Source: Lytechinus pictus
Lineage: Eukaryota
Length of the DNA: 64,000 nt
Direction of reading: 5' to 3'
Assembly: GCF_037042905.1 (NCBI RefSeq)
Contig: NC_087250.1
Location: 10,170,001-10,234,000, forward strand
The position numbers and the translations under genes were made by a program. A model generated the notes under the pieces. That model ran no database searches and was not told the origin of the DNA. It saw only the letters and a list, made by a program, of their open reading frames with translations. This document shows, in pieces, positions 1 through 10,692 of the stretch; positions within the stretch are counted from its first letter, which is position 1, and every line of letters begins with the position of its first letter.

Positions 1-602
1 GAGGGTGTTTAAATAAAATCAAATACATTTCTTGATCATAATGTTGTGAATTAACGAGTCCTCTATTCAGAACAGTGGACCCATGAATAAAACAGCGTGC
101 GTAACCAAGGCAACAGGCGTCAATTTGGCACCTGTGACACAAGCGTGCATCAGTATTGGACATTTTTTAATATACGCAGGTTCAACCAATGGTTTTCAAA
201 ACTACTTTTGTGAATTCGGGCCAATGTTACCAACTTTAAATTTCCAAACAGCTAGTCAAAACATCTTAAAAACTTCAACTGGTCTGTTTTTCCGTAAGTT
301 TTAAGTGACAGACAATGTCTATCACTACATTACGACTTTTATTTTTCTGAATAAGTGACGGTCAACTGGTCATAACATATCTTAATTATCATAATTTAAC
401 ATTCACCTAGTTTCCCCCATATTTTTTCACCCATATATCGAGTTGGGTTGAGCAGACCATACAACAAAACTTAAAGGAAAAGAACAAACAAAACAGATTG
501 AAAAAATGACTACTACATATGCAAAACAAGAGGCACGGAACAAGCAAAACAAGACAAGAAAGATACAGAATGGGACCACAATGAAATGGGTTACATGCTC
601 AC

Positions 603-726
603 GTTTTTCATGCGTTTATCAGTACACTGAGCTGCGATTTCTCCGGCAAGCCTGACGACTTCCAGCGACGCCAGAGCGATCTTCTTAGCGATCTCGATTA
701 ATTCTTTCTTTGACGTTTTCTCACCG
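603..726 (-). CDS. VCL: Vinculin tail exon 18B (Vt helix-3 region), (S)GEKTSKKELIEIAKKIALASLEVVRLAGEIAAQCTDKRMKN, phase 2-0; mutually exclusive with 18A
   Basis: tag/gtgagc boundaries, 124 nt, ACTAAC branch-like motif at 780-785. Confidence 0.9.
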
Positions 727-2338
727 CTAGATAAGGGATGGAAACAAAGCTTATAAATCAGATCTTTGCAAAGTTTGGGGTTAGTCCTTGGATTTTCTTT
801 GTTGTTGTGTGGACACAGTGCATAGTGCAATCAATGAAATGAACTGCAAAAGTTACAATGGCCTGCCTTGCTGTAAAGGAATGGGAATTTTGGATTCAGC
901 TTTATTCAAAAATTTAGATAGCAATGAAAGCCCATGCCCCCCCCCCCCCAAAAAAAAAAAAGAAGAAAGAATATAAAACCTATTAATTCATATACATGTA
1001 TATGTCATATTTACCATGACTACCATCTTTATAATATTTCATTCCATTTTCTTATTTGCTTTTCTTGAATTAACTGCCAAACAGAAGTTGACAAATCAAA
1101 ACGTATGCAGTGCATCATCATTGATTATACTATGATAGAATCCAGGAGACGGGGAGCCCTGTTTCACAAAAACTGTCAACAAAAAATCATTCATAATTTG
1201 AGGTATAAGGTAGATATATATACATGTATGTATTAACTACCAATCTTGGCATATGATTGGTTGAGAGCGAATTTGTCAGAAATAAATTTTTGCTGTAGCA
1301 GGTTTCATGAAACAGGGTCCCAATAACAAACAATGATTTGAATAAATTCTCACAGCAAACTGGCTCCCTCTGTTGACAAGATTAGATCCAACTCTCACTC
1401 CTAAACATGACTTGTGCATCATTTAAGTTTATATGGGCCACTATTCATGTTACTAATCATGCTAAACATCCACATGAATAATAAAGTAATTTCAGGAATT
1501 TTTTTTTTTTAAGAAATAATAATTGGGACTATTCTCAAGTTGTCATACAATTTGTGTCCCCTTGTAATAAGAGGAATGTTTTCCCTGAGAGATTCTTCAT
1601 TCAACTTGACTAAGTCATGGAAAAGTCAATCGAAAAATCAGACTTTTCAAAGTGTTGTTGCATTATCTGTTGTATTATCAGTAGTTACTTTTGGGCATAC
1701 ATAAGATGATTATGCATACAGTAAAAACATAAAATACTAGACAGGCCCGTAGCCAGGGTTTTCCATTAGGGGGTTCAAACCCTTCTCTTTCCTTCACTTC
1801 TTATTTTCCTCCCTTATTTTTTCTTGCTTTTGAATATTTGAGGAGGTTGCTTTGAGCTCCCGAACTCCCCCGGCTATGGGCTTGCTAGATATTGTGGTAA
1901 AGCAATTTTAGCGATAATGTACATGTATTACAATTATGCCTTCTTTTCATGCAAACAGTATGCATATAATTTTTGTGAATTTTTCTTTTTCTCAAGGCAA
2001 TAAGGGACTACGCCAGGCATCATTAGCTACAGAGACATACATGTATACGAGGATTAAGCTATACAGCTCATTCATGCTTTCTTTATTTGGTATATGTAGT
2101 AAATATGCTTGGAATGTGAAACATAGAAATTCATTCGGACACACTACACATATATATCATAATAAAACATAATAGTACACACATATCTATGTCACAAAAA
2201 TCACGGATATAAGGGATTTGTAAAAAAAATTGTCAACAAAGAGAGCAAGTTAGTTACACTACATGCTATCCATGTTTTGGAACACCTTGTACTAAAACAA
2301 GGACGTGTCCAATTTTTTTCTAGACAGCCTATACCTAC

Positions 2339-2462
2339 CACTCGCATACGGATATCGGTGCACTGGTTGGCTATCTCGCGGGTTAGGCGGGTCACCAAGG
2401 CGGCGACCTTGACGATCTCCTTAGCGGTGTCTATCAGGTCCTTCTTATTACCACCCTCTCCA
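2339..2462 (-). CDS. VCL: Vinculin tail exon 18A (Vt helix-3 region), (S)GEGGNKKDLIDTAKEIVKVAALVTRLTREIANQCTDIRMRV, phase 2-0; mutually exclusive with 18B
   Basis: cag/gtaggt boundaries, 124 nt; resembles human [41 protein letters not shown]. Confidence 0.9.
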
Positions 2463-2539
2463 CTGATAAAGGTCATGGGGGTCAAAGGTTAAAGGTTACA
2501 GGGTCAACGGTTACAGGCAAATGGGATGCTGCCAGCATA

Positions 2540-3004
2540 TATGACCTACCACCCCAAAACCACCAATAAGTTGCCAGGTAAGGTTCTCTGTCAATAGCCA
2601 AAATAGTAATTTAGTCTCCAATATCCAAAAATTAACAAAATAGCTTATCCGAAAGAGCAATTCTTCTCCTTTATACTATTTGAAGTCGTGAAGTTGAATA
2701 AAAGATACAAGAGTTCCTTGGACACTACTTTTTCAGACTGCTTGGAAGTTTCAATGAGATTACACAGTATGCACATCTCATGCTTGAGTGAACCCCAAAC
2801 TCCAAACCTTGTTTTCTCCTTGTTTTTTAAAGCTCTTGCTGAATTTCCTCTGCATTCAATCAAGTACTTTTAATGGTTATTGCTAGTCAGTTTTAAAATA
2901 TTATATATCATTTTAAAGCTTAGGAAATGAATTTTCAAGCTCAATAAAAATATCAATATTCATTTTGGTCGACTTATTGTTGGTTTTGGGGTGGCAGGTT
3001 ACAT
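2540..3004. mobile_element. MITE with ~30-bp TIRs; second copy at 62633-63061, fragment at ~11600-11700
   Basis: ATGACCTACCACCCCAAAACC ... GGTTTTGGGGTGGCAGGTTACAT; near-identical body in the 62.6-kb copy. Confidence 0.8.
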
Positions 3005-3279
3005 ATAAATCATAAAGTAACTGAATGGAGCCAAGGGGAAAATATTCTTTGATTATTTGAAATAATTTGTTTTTCTTTCGACTTATACAGATGCTTTAAT
3101 AACAATATCTCAGAAACGTTAAACCTTGTACCAATATCAAAAAGACAAAGTGTAAATAGATATTATTTAAAAAAATAGTGATTGGTATATTTAGATAATA
3201 AGGAGAATGAACAAAATAAGATAACTTAGGTGTGGAGAAATAATAAATGAAGTTTTATACTTATTATATTAGCAAGGAG

Positions 3280-3610
3280 TGGAAGAAGAAGAATATGAAG
3301 AAGAAAAAGAAGGAGAAGAAGAAGAAGGAGAAGGAGGAGGAGGAGGAAAAGAAGAAAAAGAAGAAGAAAAAGAAGAAGAAGAAGAGGAGAAAAAAGAAAG
3401 AAAAAAAAAACAATAGGAAGGAAGAGAATTAAAACAAAATATAATGTAATGATGATGAAAATAATACAGGAATACACTAAAGATCAGACAAGAAGACAAA
3501 GGAAGAAGGAGAGAGAAGACAAATAAGGGAGAGAAGAGGAAGATGATGGAAAGGAAAAAAGACAAAAAGAAAAAGAAAGAAAAAGAAAACAACAAAGAAA
3601 AGGGAATCAT
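3280..3610 (+). repeat. GAA/AAG-rich polypurine tract (similar tracts at 27875-28000 and 29695-29800)
   Basis: Low-complexity purine run. Confidence 0.85.
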
Positions 3611-3713
3611 GATATGAAAATCATAATCAAAATGATAATAATAAAAACAATCATAATAAGAAAAACCTAAATAATAGTAGATTGTTATAAGATCATAAAA
3701 TAATCTTACATAC

Positions 3714-3829
3714 CTGACATGTTTGCTCATGGCAGCCATGAGTTGTGCCATTCGTTTAGCTGCGGCAATGAGATCGTTGTCCTTGCTTGACCACTGTGCT
3801 GTTTCAACATGGAGGTCATAAGCAGCTTG
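3714..3829 (-). CDS. VCL: Vinculin exon 17 (Vt helices 1-2), [38 protein letters not shown], phase 0-2
   Basis: cag/gtatgt boundaries, 116 nt; [16 protein letters not shown] motif. Confidence 0.96.
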
Positions 3830-4435
3830 CTGTAAAAAAAAATATCATAGTAAATTATATTCAAAATAATCATAGAACCTTAACAATGGTGTGTGTCTGC
3901 AGATATATTGGGTGGTATTTTTTTTTTTCTTGGCCCCAACAAAAATTGGGCAGTGTTTCGTGTAGAAATCTCTCGCGACCATGCCTACCGCATACCATTT
4001 AGCTGAGCATAAACCTAGGTTCGACCCTAGTATAAAACAGAATTTTAATCGCACTTCTATGGAGTGCTAATATTTCTTCCATATTTGTGGCAATTGTAAT
4101 GTACTAATTAATTCATTTAATACTCATGATATTTTTGTATATTCCTACTCTTTGACATTTCACAACTCAATTATTTTTGAAAACTTCTTGCACAGAATGA
4201 GAATAACTTTTGCTTGGTGGCATTCCATAAAATAGTGGTCTAAGTTTACCATGGCTAACAGAATAACACCCATTGAGTACACAGGTAATATCACCGATGT
4301 TAAGAAAAATGTAAATTTTTGGAACCTACTACCTTTTCTTATTTATGAAACACCCTCCAGGTGTGGTGGCCCCTTTAAGGCAGCCAACATACCACAGTAG
4401 GACTGGGCCCTTACAAACAGCGGTATAAAACACAC

Positions 4436-4676
4436 CAGGAACCCATCTTACAAAGAATTACGATTGCTCCGATCAAACTTAACTGTATGGAAATCCAACA
4501 AAGTCACATTTTTTGTACAAGAAATTGGCAAAATGTTCTTTTAGAGAGGCATGTGGATTTTTCAAGAAAGCAATGAATATACAGCATATCTAGAAAATTT
4601 CAGATGTTAATGATGCTGGCTTTCCATAGTTGTCTTTGATCGGATCAATCGCAACTCCTTCTAAGACGGTGCCCAG
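4436..4676. mobile_element. PIF/Harbinger-like MITE; copies at 11972-12254 and 37417-37686
   Basis: GGGCCCCGTCTTACAAAGAG-type TIRs and a shared internal sequence in three copies. Confidence 0.72.
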
Positions 4677-4708
4677 GTGTGGTAGTCCCGTTAATGTAGC
4701 TAACTTAC

Positions 4709-4821
4709 CATAATGGGTTGGTGAGATCCTTGCTCTGGGACCGGTAGGGACTGATCCTCGGGTGGTGGTGGGCGGGGTGGGGGTACATCACCAGGGAGGG
4801 GTGGCCTGGGTGGGGCAGCCT
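4709..4821 (-). CDS. VCL: Vinculin exon 16 (Pro-rich linker), (E)[37 protein letters not shown], phase 1-0
   Basis: cag/gtaagt boundaries, 113 nt; resembles human [21 protein letters not shown]...NQPMM. Confidence 0.93.
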
Positions 4822-5009
4822 CTGCAGAGTGAAAAAGACATTAAGAATGAAGTTGATGCAGTGAACAGGTGTTGTTTCACAAAGTTTGCTGGTGGTATAT
4901 GTAGAGTGCGTCCCAGAGGAAAAATTAACTGCAATTGGCACTAATTTCTCATGCATAGCCCAAATCATACGGATCACCATTCAATTCATTTTCTTTTCTT
5001 TTATACACA

Positions 5010-6370
5010 ATATAATAATAATAATAATAATTAACATTTATATAGCGCTTAATACAACAGTTTCTAAGCGCATTGGAAAGAGAAAAAAGAGGTAGCAAAA
5101 TACAGTGAAAGAGAACAGGATATATGGAATTAAGAGGACTGCTTAATGAGGTAAGATTTGAGGAGTGTTTTGAAAGATTCGACAGTGGATGCATTACGGA
5201 TGGAGATGGGGAGATTGTTCCAGAGTTTAGGGGCAAGAGCAGAAAAAGCACGATCGCCATAACGGGTAAAAGTGCGGGGTCCTAGAGATAGTCGAAGGTG
5301 AGCAGTAGAAGAAGATCGGAGACGTTGAGTTGCAGAGGATGAGTGACAGAGAGAGATAAGATTTTGAAGGTAGGATGGGGCGAGACCATGGATGATTTTA
5401 TAGACAAGGAGAAGGAGCTTGAAAATAATTCTATTATGAACCTGAAGCCAATGGAGGGAGTAGAGAATAGGGGTGATATGTTCAAATTTCTTAGTGAGGG
5501 TTACCAATCTAGCTGCAGTATTTTGAATTCTTTGAAGGGGGGCTATACTAGATTGAGGTAAACCAGCAAGTAAAGCATTACAATAATCTAAATGGGATGA
5601 TACAAAGGCATGTACTATACGTTCAGTAGATGATTTATCAAGATACTTTCTTAACTTCCCTATCTTACAAATACCCCATGATGCACAACGACAAACATTT
5701 CTGATATGCTGGTTAAGGGTCAAGTTGTTATCAATAATAACTCCAAGATCCCTTACAGTATCTGAACCACTGATATTTCCAGCGAGAAAATCTAAACAAG
5801 GTAAATGACCTGAACTCCTAAACCTAGAGAAAACATGCAGCATCTCAGTTTTTAGTTCATTGAGCTGAACCTTGTTGTCGAATGACCAACGCTTGATATC
5901 AGCAATACAGGCAGACAGTCTTTGAACAGCAACTCCTCGATCCGCTGGCTTCATGGTGAGATATATCTGAGTATCATCAGCATAGGTAGTATACTGGATA
6001 CCTGTATGAGAGTTGATAATCCTTCCTAAAGGACCAGTATATAGGATATACAAGAGAGGTCCGATAACGGAGCCTTGCGGGACACCATAGGGCAGAGAAA
6101 AGGGTTTAGAAAATGAACCATTCACGACAACCTTATGGCTTCGTCCGGCAAGGTAGGATTCCAACCAAAGAAGAACAGTTCCACTGAAGCCGTAATCATG
6201 TTCCAAACGTTGAAGAAGAACACCATGGTCCAGCGTGTCAAACGCAGCTGAGTAATCCAAAAGGATAAGAACAGCCTCTTGTCCTTTATCCACAGCAAGC
6301 AGAAGATCATTCTGAACCTTTAACAGGGCCGTTTCAGTAGAATGAAAGTGGCGATAAGCTGACTGATATG
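5010..6370 (-). mobile_element. 5'-truncated non-LTR retrotransposon, L2/CR1-type clade, in the intron between exons 15 and 16
   Basis: Uninterrupted RT ORF; 3' UTR with GCGCTTAG...TAAGCGCTATATAAAT motif ending in a (TAT)n tail. Confidence 0.9.
5130..6368 (-). CDS. Reverse transcriptase (RT domain plus C-terminus) of the truncated LINE
   Basis: QSAYRHFHSTETAL, LLDYSAAFDT, GVPQGSVIGPLLY, YADD, RDLGV and LHWL motifs; no stop in ~410 codons. The upstream Met in the ORF track probably comes from flanking DNA. Confidence 0.9.
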   Translation of the reverse strand, partial: YQSAYRHFHSTETALLKVQNDLLLAVDKGQEAVLILLDYSAAFDTLDHGVLLQRLEHDYGFSGTVLLWLESYLAGRSHKVVVNGSFSKPFSLPYGVPQGSVIGPLLYILYTGPLGRIINSHTGIQYTTYADDTQIYLTMKPADRGVAVQRLSACIADIKRWSFDNKVQLNELKTEMLHVFSRFRSSGHLPCLDFLAGNISGSDTVRDLGVIIDNNLTLNQHIRNVCRCASWGICKIGKLRKYLDKSSTERIVHAFVSSHLDYCNALLAGLPQSSIAPLQRIQNTAARLVTLTKKFEHITPILYSLHWLQVHNRIIFKLLLLVYKIIHGLAPSYLQNLISLCHSSSATQRLRSSSTAHLRLSLGPRTFTRYGDRAFSALAPKLWNNLPISIRNASTVESFKTLLKSYLIKQSS

Positions 6371-6651
6371 ATATAATTATGCTCTTTCTCATCCCATGGA
6401 TTGTTTGTTCATAATGGTAAAACTTTTTTTTTAATCTGTTCGTTTTCCACTTCTATTACATAAGTTTTCACAAAAGTAATATTGTAGCAAGAATTGGGAA
6501 ACAAAAATTGTATGAATAAACCTACATGGGGTGTGAGGCAAACTATGTACTAAAATTTCAAATCAATCATACAAATTGTATTTTTGTTTCTTAAAAAGGC
6601 TGGTTAGCAAAATGTAATTCGGTTTCTTTCAATAGAGTTATGAACACAAAC

Positions 6652-6748
6652 CTTCAAGCTGGAGTCTGCTCATATCGGGTGGTGGTGGAATAGCTGGCTC
6701 CTGGTTGACTGTAAGCGCCTTGCGTACATCTCCTACATCTGATTGCAC
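6652..6748 (-). CDS. VCL: Vinculin exon 15 (end of D4 and start of Pro-rich linker), VQSDVGDVRKALTVNQEPAIPPPPDMSRLQLE, phase 0-1
   Basis: cag/gtttgt boundaries, 97 nt; corresponds to human [31 protein letters not shown]. Confidence 0.9.
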
Positions 6749-7290
6749 CTGATATAAGACAATGCAATAGAAATTTAAAGTTAATACTAACATGAATCCT
6801 CATGTATTACTTCTTACCAGATATAAGACAATAATGCAATGGGAATTTATAGTAAATATTTATATCAATCCCCATGTATTATTTTACCCGAGTATAAGAC
6901 AATGCAATGGAAATTGAAAGTAAATACTTATATGAATCCCCATGTATTACTTCTTACCTGGTATATGACAATAATGCAATGGGAAAAGTAAATACGTATA
7001 TGAATCCCCATGTATTACCTCTTACCTGGTATATGACAATAATGAAATGGAAATTAAAAGTAAATACTTATATGAATCCCCATGTATTACTTCTTACCTG
7101 GTATATGACAATAATGCAATGGGAAAAGTAAATACTTATATGAATCCCCATGCATTATTGCACCTGATATAAGACAATGCAATGGGAATTTAATAGTAAA
7201 TACTTATATGAATCCCTGTGTATCATTCTACCTGGTATATGGCCACAATGCAATGGCAATTTACAGTGAATATTTAGATGACACCATAAT
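6745..7290. repeat. ~68-bp minisatellite (about 8 units) built from the exon-15 acceptor region
   Basis: Repeated (t/c)ACCTG(A/G)TATA(T/A)GACAAT...GCAATGG...AGTAAATACTTATATGAATCCCCATGTATTAC. Confidence 0.88.
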
Positions 7291-10200
7291 GCAATGGTGA
7301 TTTAAAAAAGAGGCCTTTGGCCTGAATACACCATATAATAATCCTTCACATTACAAATTGTATTACCTTTGACAAAGATTGGTTTCCAAACAAAATTCAG
7401 ACTGAAATGACTTTGCATAAGCCTTTGTTTTGTGTATTTTTTCAGCAAGTGCAGATGTGCATCTTTGGGCAATGTTTTGCTTTTACAAAAATGAAAAAAA
7501 ATAAAAAATAAACTAAACTGTAATTTTGCATCATCATGGAAAAAAGCTTCAGTATGGGTGAAGAATGCAAAGTTCATCTTTCTGAACATTCCTTTTTATG
7601 TTATGTTAAAAATACACTATCAAAATACAACTTATATACAGATGAATTCAGTTTGGTAAATGCAAGGTGTTCAATTATGTAATTGGTGCTGGGGAATTTG
7701 TTATCAATATCTTATTTGGTGTCCATGAAACAAAATATTTCTAAAGTTAGCATGTATATTCTGTTTTTCTTGCATAAGCTAAAGTACAAAGAAAAGCTTA
7801 AATGGAACAAAAACAAGTGGAATAATAAGGATGGTCTTCAATGTTCACATTTAAAACAGAAACAAAACAAATGATGAAAGCCATGTTCATACGCGATGCC
7901 AACACTTAGCGCTGGATTCAAATGTAAACATGATTAGTCTGAACACACTTCATAAAAACAAACAATAATACGAGTTAGTCAGAAACGTAATATATAAAAC
8001 TATTACATGCATATATCATAGAGCTGTATAGACAAAAGTAGAGTGTTAGTTTATGTACATCCGATGTACTGCAACAACACATTTTGATGCATTTCCATGA
8101 AAATACAAATATCTAAATGGTTATGGTAGCTCATACATGATGTTCGTTCAACTGGAGAACCTAAATGAAGAAAATCTCATGAGAATAGAAAAAAAAGTTG
8201 ACTTGAAGTTTATATTAACCACTTGATTGTCATGATCACAGATTCAACAAAAAACTCACATTTCGAAGCATAAATAAAACATGTTGTTAGGTTAGTCAAA
8301 TATATTGATTGCTACTTGTATCTGACATATATATAGCTACTGGTAAAGGATGATAGAGATTATTCATTCAAATACAATATATGATATAAAATACTTCACA
8401 AATAGTACAATTGTATATTTGAGGATATTCAAGTAATGAGAACAAAAGTAAAGAGTCAGATACTCAATAGAAGTCAATATCTTAGATGAGAATCATTTTG
8501 ATGTGTCAAAGAGATAAAGATTTTGTGCACATTGACAAGAAGGTATATAATATTGATATAGGACTGCACTATGTTGCTTATTTGGATAGTCAATTTTCAT
8601 GATTTCAAAGCAAGATATTATGTCCCCTGTGAATTGTAAAATAATGCTTGCAAACAACATTCTACAATTTATGTTGTATGGGCATTACAAAACAGTCTCG
8701 AGAAATGATGGAGTTGACAATTTCATGGCCCTTCCATTCCAGTTTGAAGAGATTCAAAGATAAAATTTTAAATTTATCGCCTTTTCAAAATAATCCATCA
8801 CTGTTCAAGGCATTTTCTTTGTCAGAATTTTATCTCTATTGTTCCTTTTATCCGGAGTGCTTGCATATTGTGTCACATAAAAAATGATATTGTTATTCAT
8901 GAAAGTTTCAGCTCTAACACTTTAATAATTCAAATAGAGGATATTTATTCGTTCCTAATAAGACAATACAAGTTAACACTTTTCAAGACTAGTGTCTTTA
9001 AAAACATAATACTGTTATTTATTAAAGTTTCAGCTCTATGAAACATGGATAGATCATATAATGCATATTTAATATTTTCTAATTAAGACAATAAAATTCA
9101 ACACTATTGAAGGCTAGTGTCATTTAAGAAAAACACCCTAATACTGTTATTCATGAAAGTTTCAGTTTTATCTAACACTTGGATAAATCAAATAGATAAT
9201 GTTTATCTGTTTTTATTATAGGGAAATATAGAAGTTTGTCGCAGAGTTGTGAAAACTTGTATCTCCAAATTTATAACAAATTCGGGCAACTCGAAATAGG
9301 GCAATGGTGCCAACCTCACATTGACTGAAAACAGTCTCGTAATTCCTGTAGAAGTGTTGCTACTCCTGTCTGTCACAACTTAATCGGTTTTTTTTAGTTG
9401 TCCTCACTTTTTTTTCACATGAGGGCAAAGGTAATTTTGTCCTCATAACTATGACAATTGCCCCTAAGCTTTCCCCAAAATGCATGCTTTGGGGCGACCA
9501 TTCTTACTAGAGTATCCCCAAGATCTTTCACAAACAACATTCAAGATTATTTTTAAAAATCAATATTCTAACTGTGGTAGAAAAATGACATTTGCTTTTC
9601 CCGCATACCTGCTTGTTGCTCCTAAAGATTAGCCCTTAAAATGATAGAAATATCCCCCAAAAATTATGTGATTGCCCCAATTTGAAGGAAAAAAAAAAGA
9701 AGATAGCCCCTAAAAATAAAAAAATATTTCCTATCAAGCACATTTTGATTTAAAAGATTTTAATCCCCAGCGACCATATGGTACATTACACTTCTGTGAA
9801 TATATATGATGATTCTGAAAACAACAATGCTAAAACCATACACTCCACAAAACATGAAAAACACTTAAAAATCACATGCTATCATACAACACACACACAC
9901 ACTGGAAAAAATATAAACACACAAATCTGCCACGTGGCCTTGAAGAAATAAAGAAAGAGTAATTAACGAAGACATAAATAAATCTTTGAATTTCATCTCC
10001 CTTGAAACAATTGATTCTCATTGAACACAAATAAGGGGAAAGGATTGATTGACACATTCAAACATAAGGGAAGGGACAATTTGTGAATTATATTTGTTTT
10101 ATCCCTATCAAAAAGCATTTTACTTTATTAGTCAACTCTCATGGGCCATTTCCCGCTAATTTTTTAATTAACTATACGATTGCCCAACCTGGTGTTTGGA

Positions 10201-10560
10201 ACAGGCACCTGGACCATGTTGCACAAAATATATTCACTGATGGTAACATTGTTATCAATGACATCTTATAAGAAACCTTGTTTTTGACTGGTCTTTATAA
10301 AAAAAATTGTGACTAGTATTGAACTTGACATTGTTGTCATCCTTACATTTACTGTATGTTACATTTCATGCAAGAAGAAGGGGGAAGTGTAAAATGAATA
10401 AGATGAATATTCAAAACACCATGAATATTCATAACATGAAATGAGAATAGGTACAGACATGTAAACAGTGGCACGATGCAAATGCAGTAAATGAATATTC
10501 TAATTGTGGACAGCACTCATGAATAATTCAACAGGACACAGGATGCAGTGATTGTTCGAC

Positions 10561-10692
10561 CTGTCTTGGCTTGGGATGCGTGGTGGGCGGAGCCGATCTC
10601 ACAGGGGGCGGGGCATAAGTAGGAGTCTCTACCGATGGCGTGCTAGGGTAATTTGGGAACGTTTTCAGCACGGCGTCCAAGTCGTCTTGTAT
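10561..10692 (-). CDS. VCL: Putative alternative hinge exon H7, IQDDLDAVLKTFPNYPSTPSVETPTYAPPPVRSAPPTTHPKPRQ, phase 0-0
   Basis: ctgctcccatatag acceptor, CAG|gtcgaa donor (or read-through to VEQSLHPVSC*); 132 nt CpG-rich island. Confidence 0.68.
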
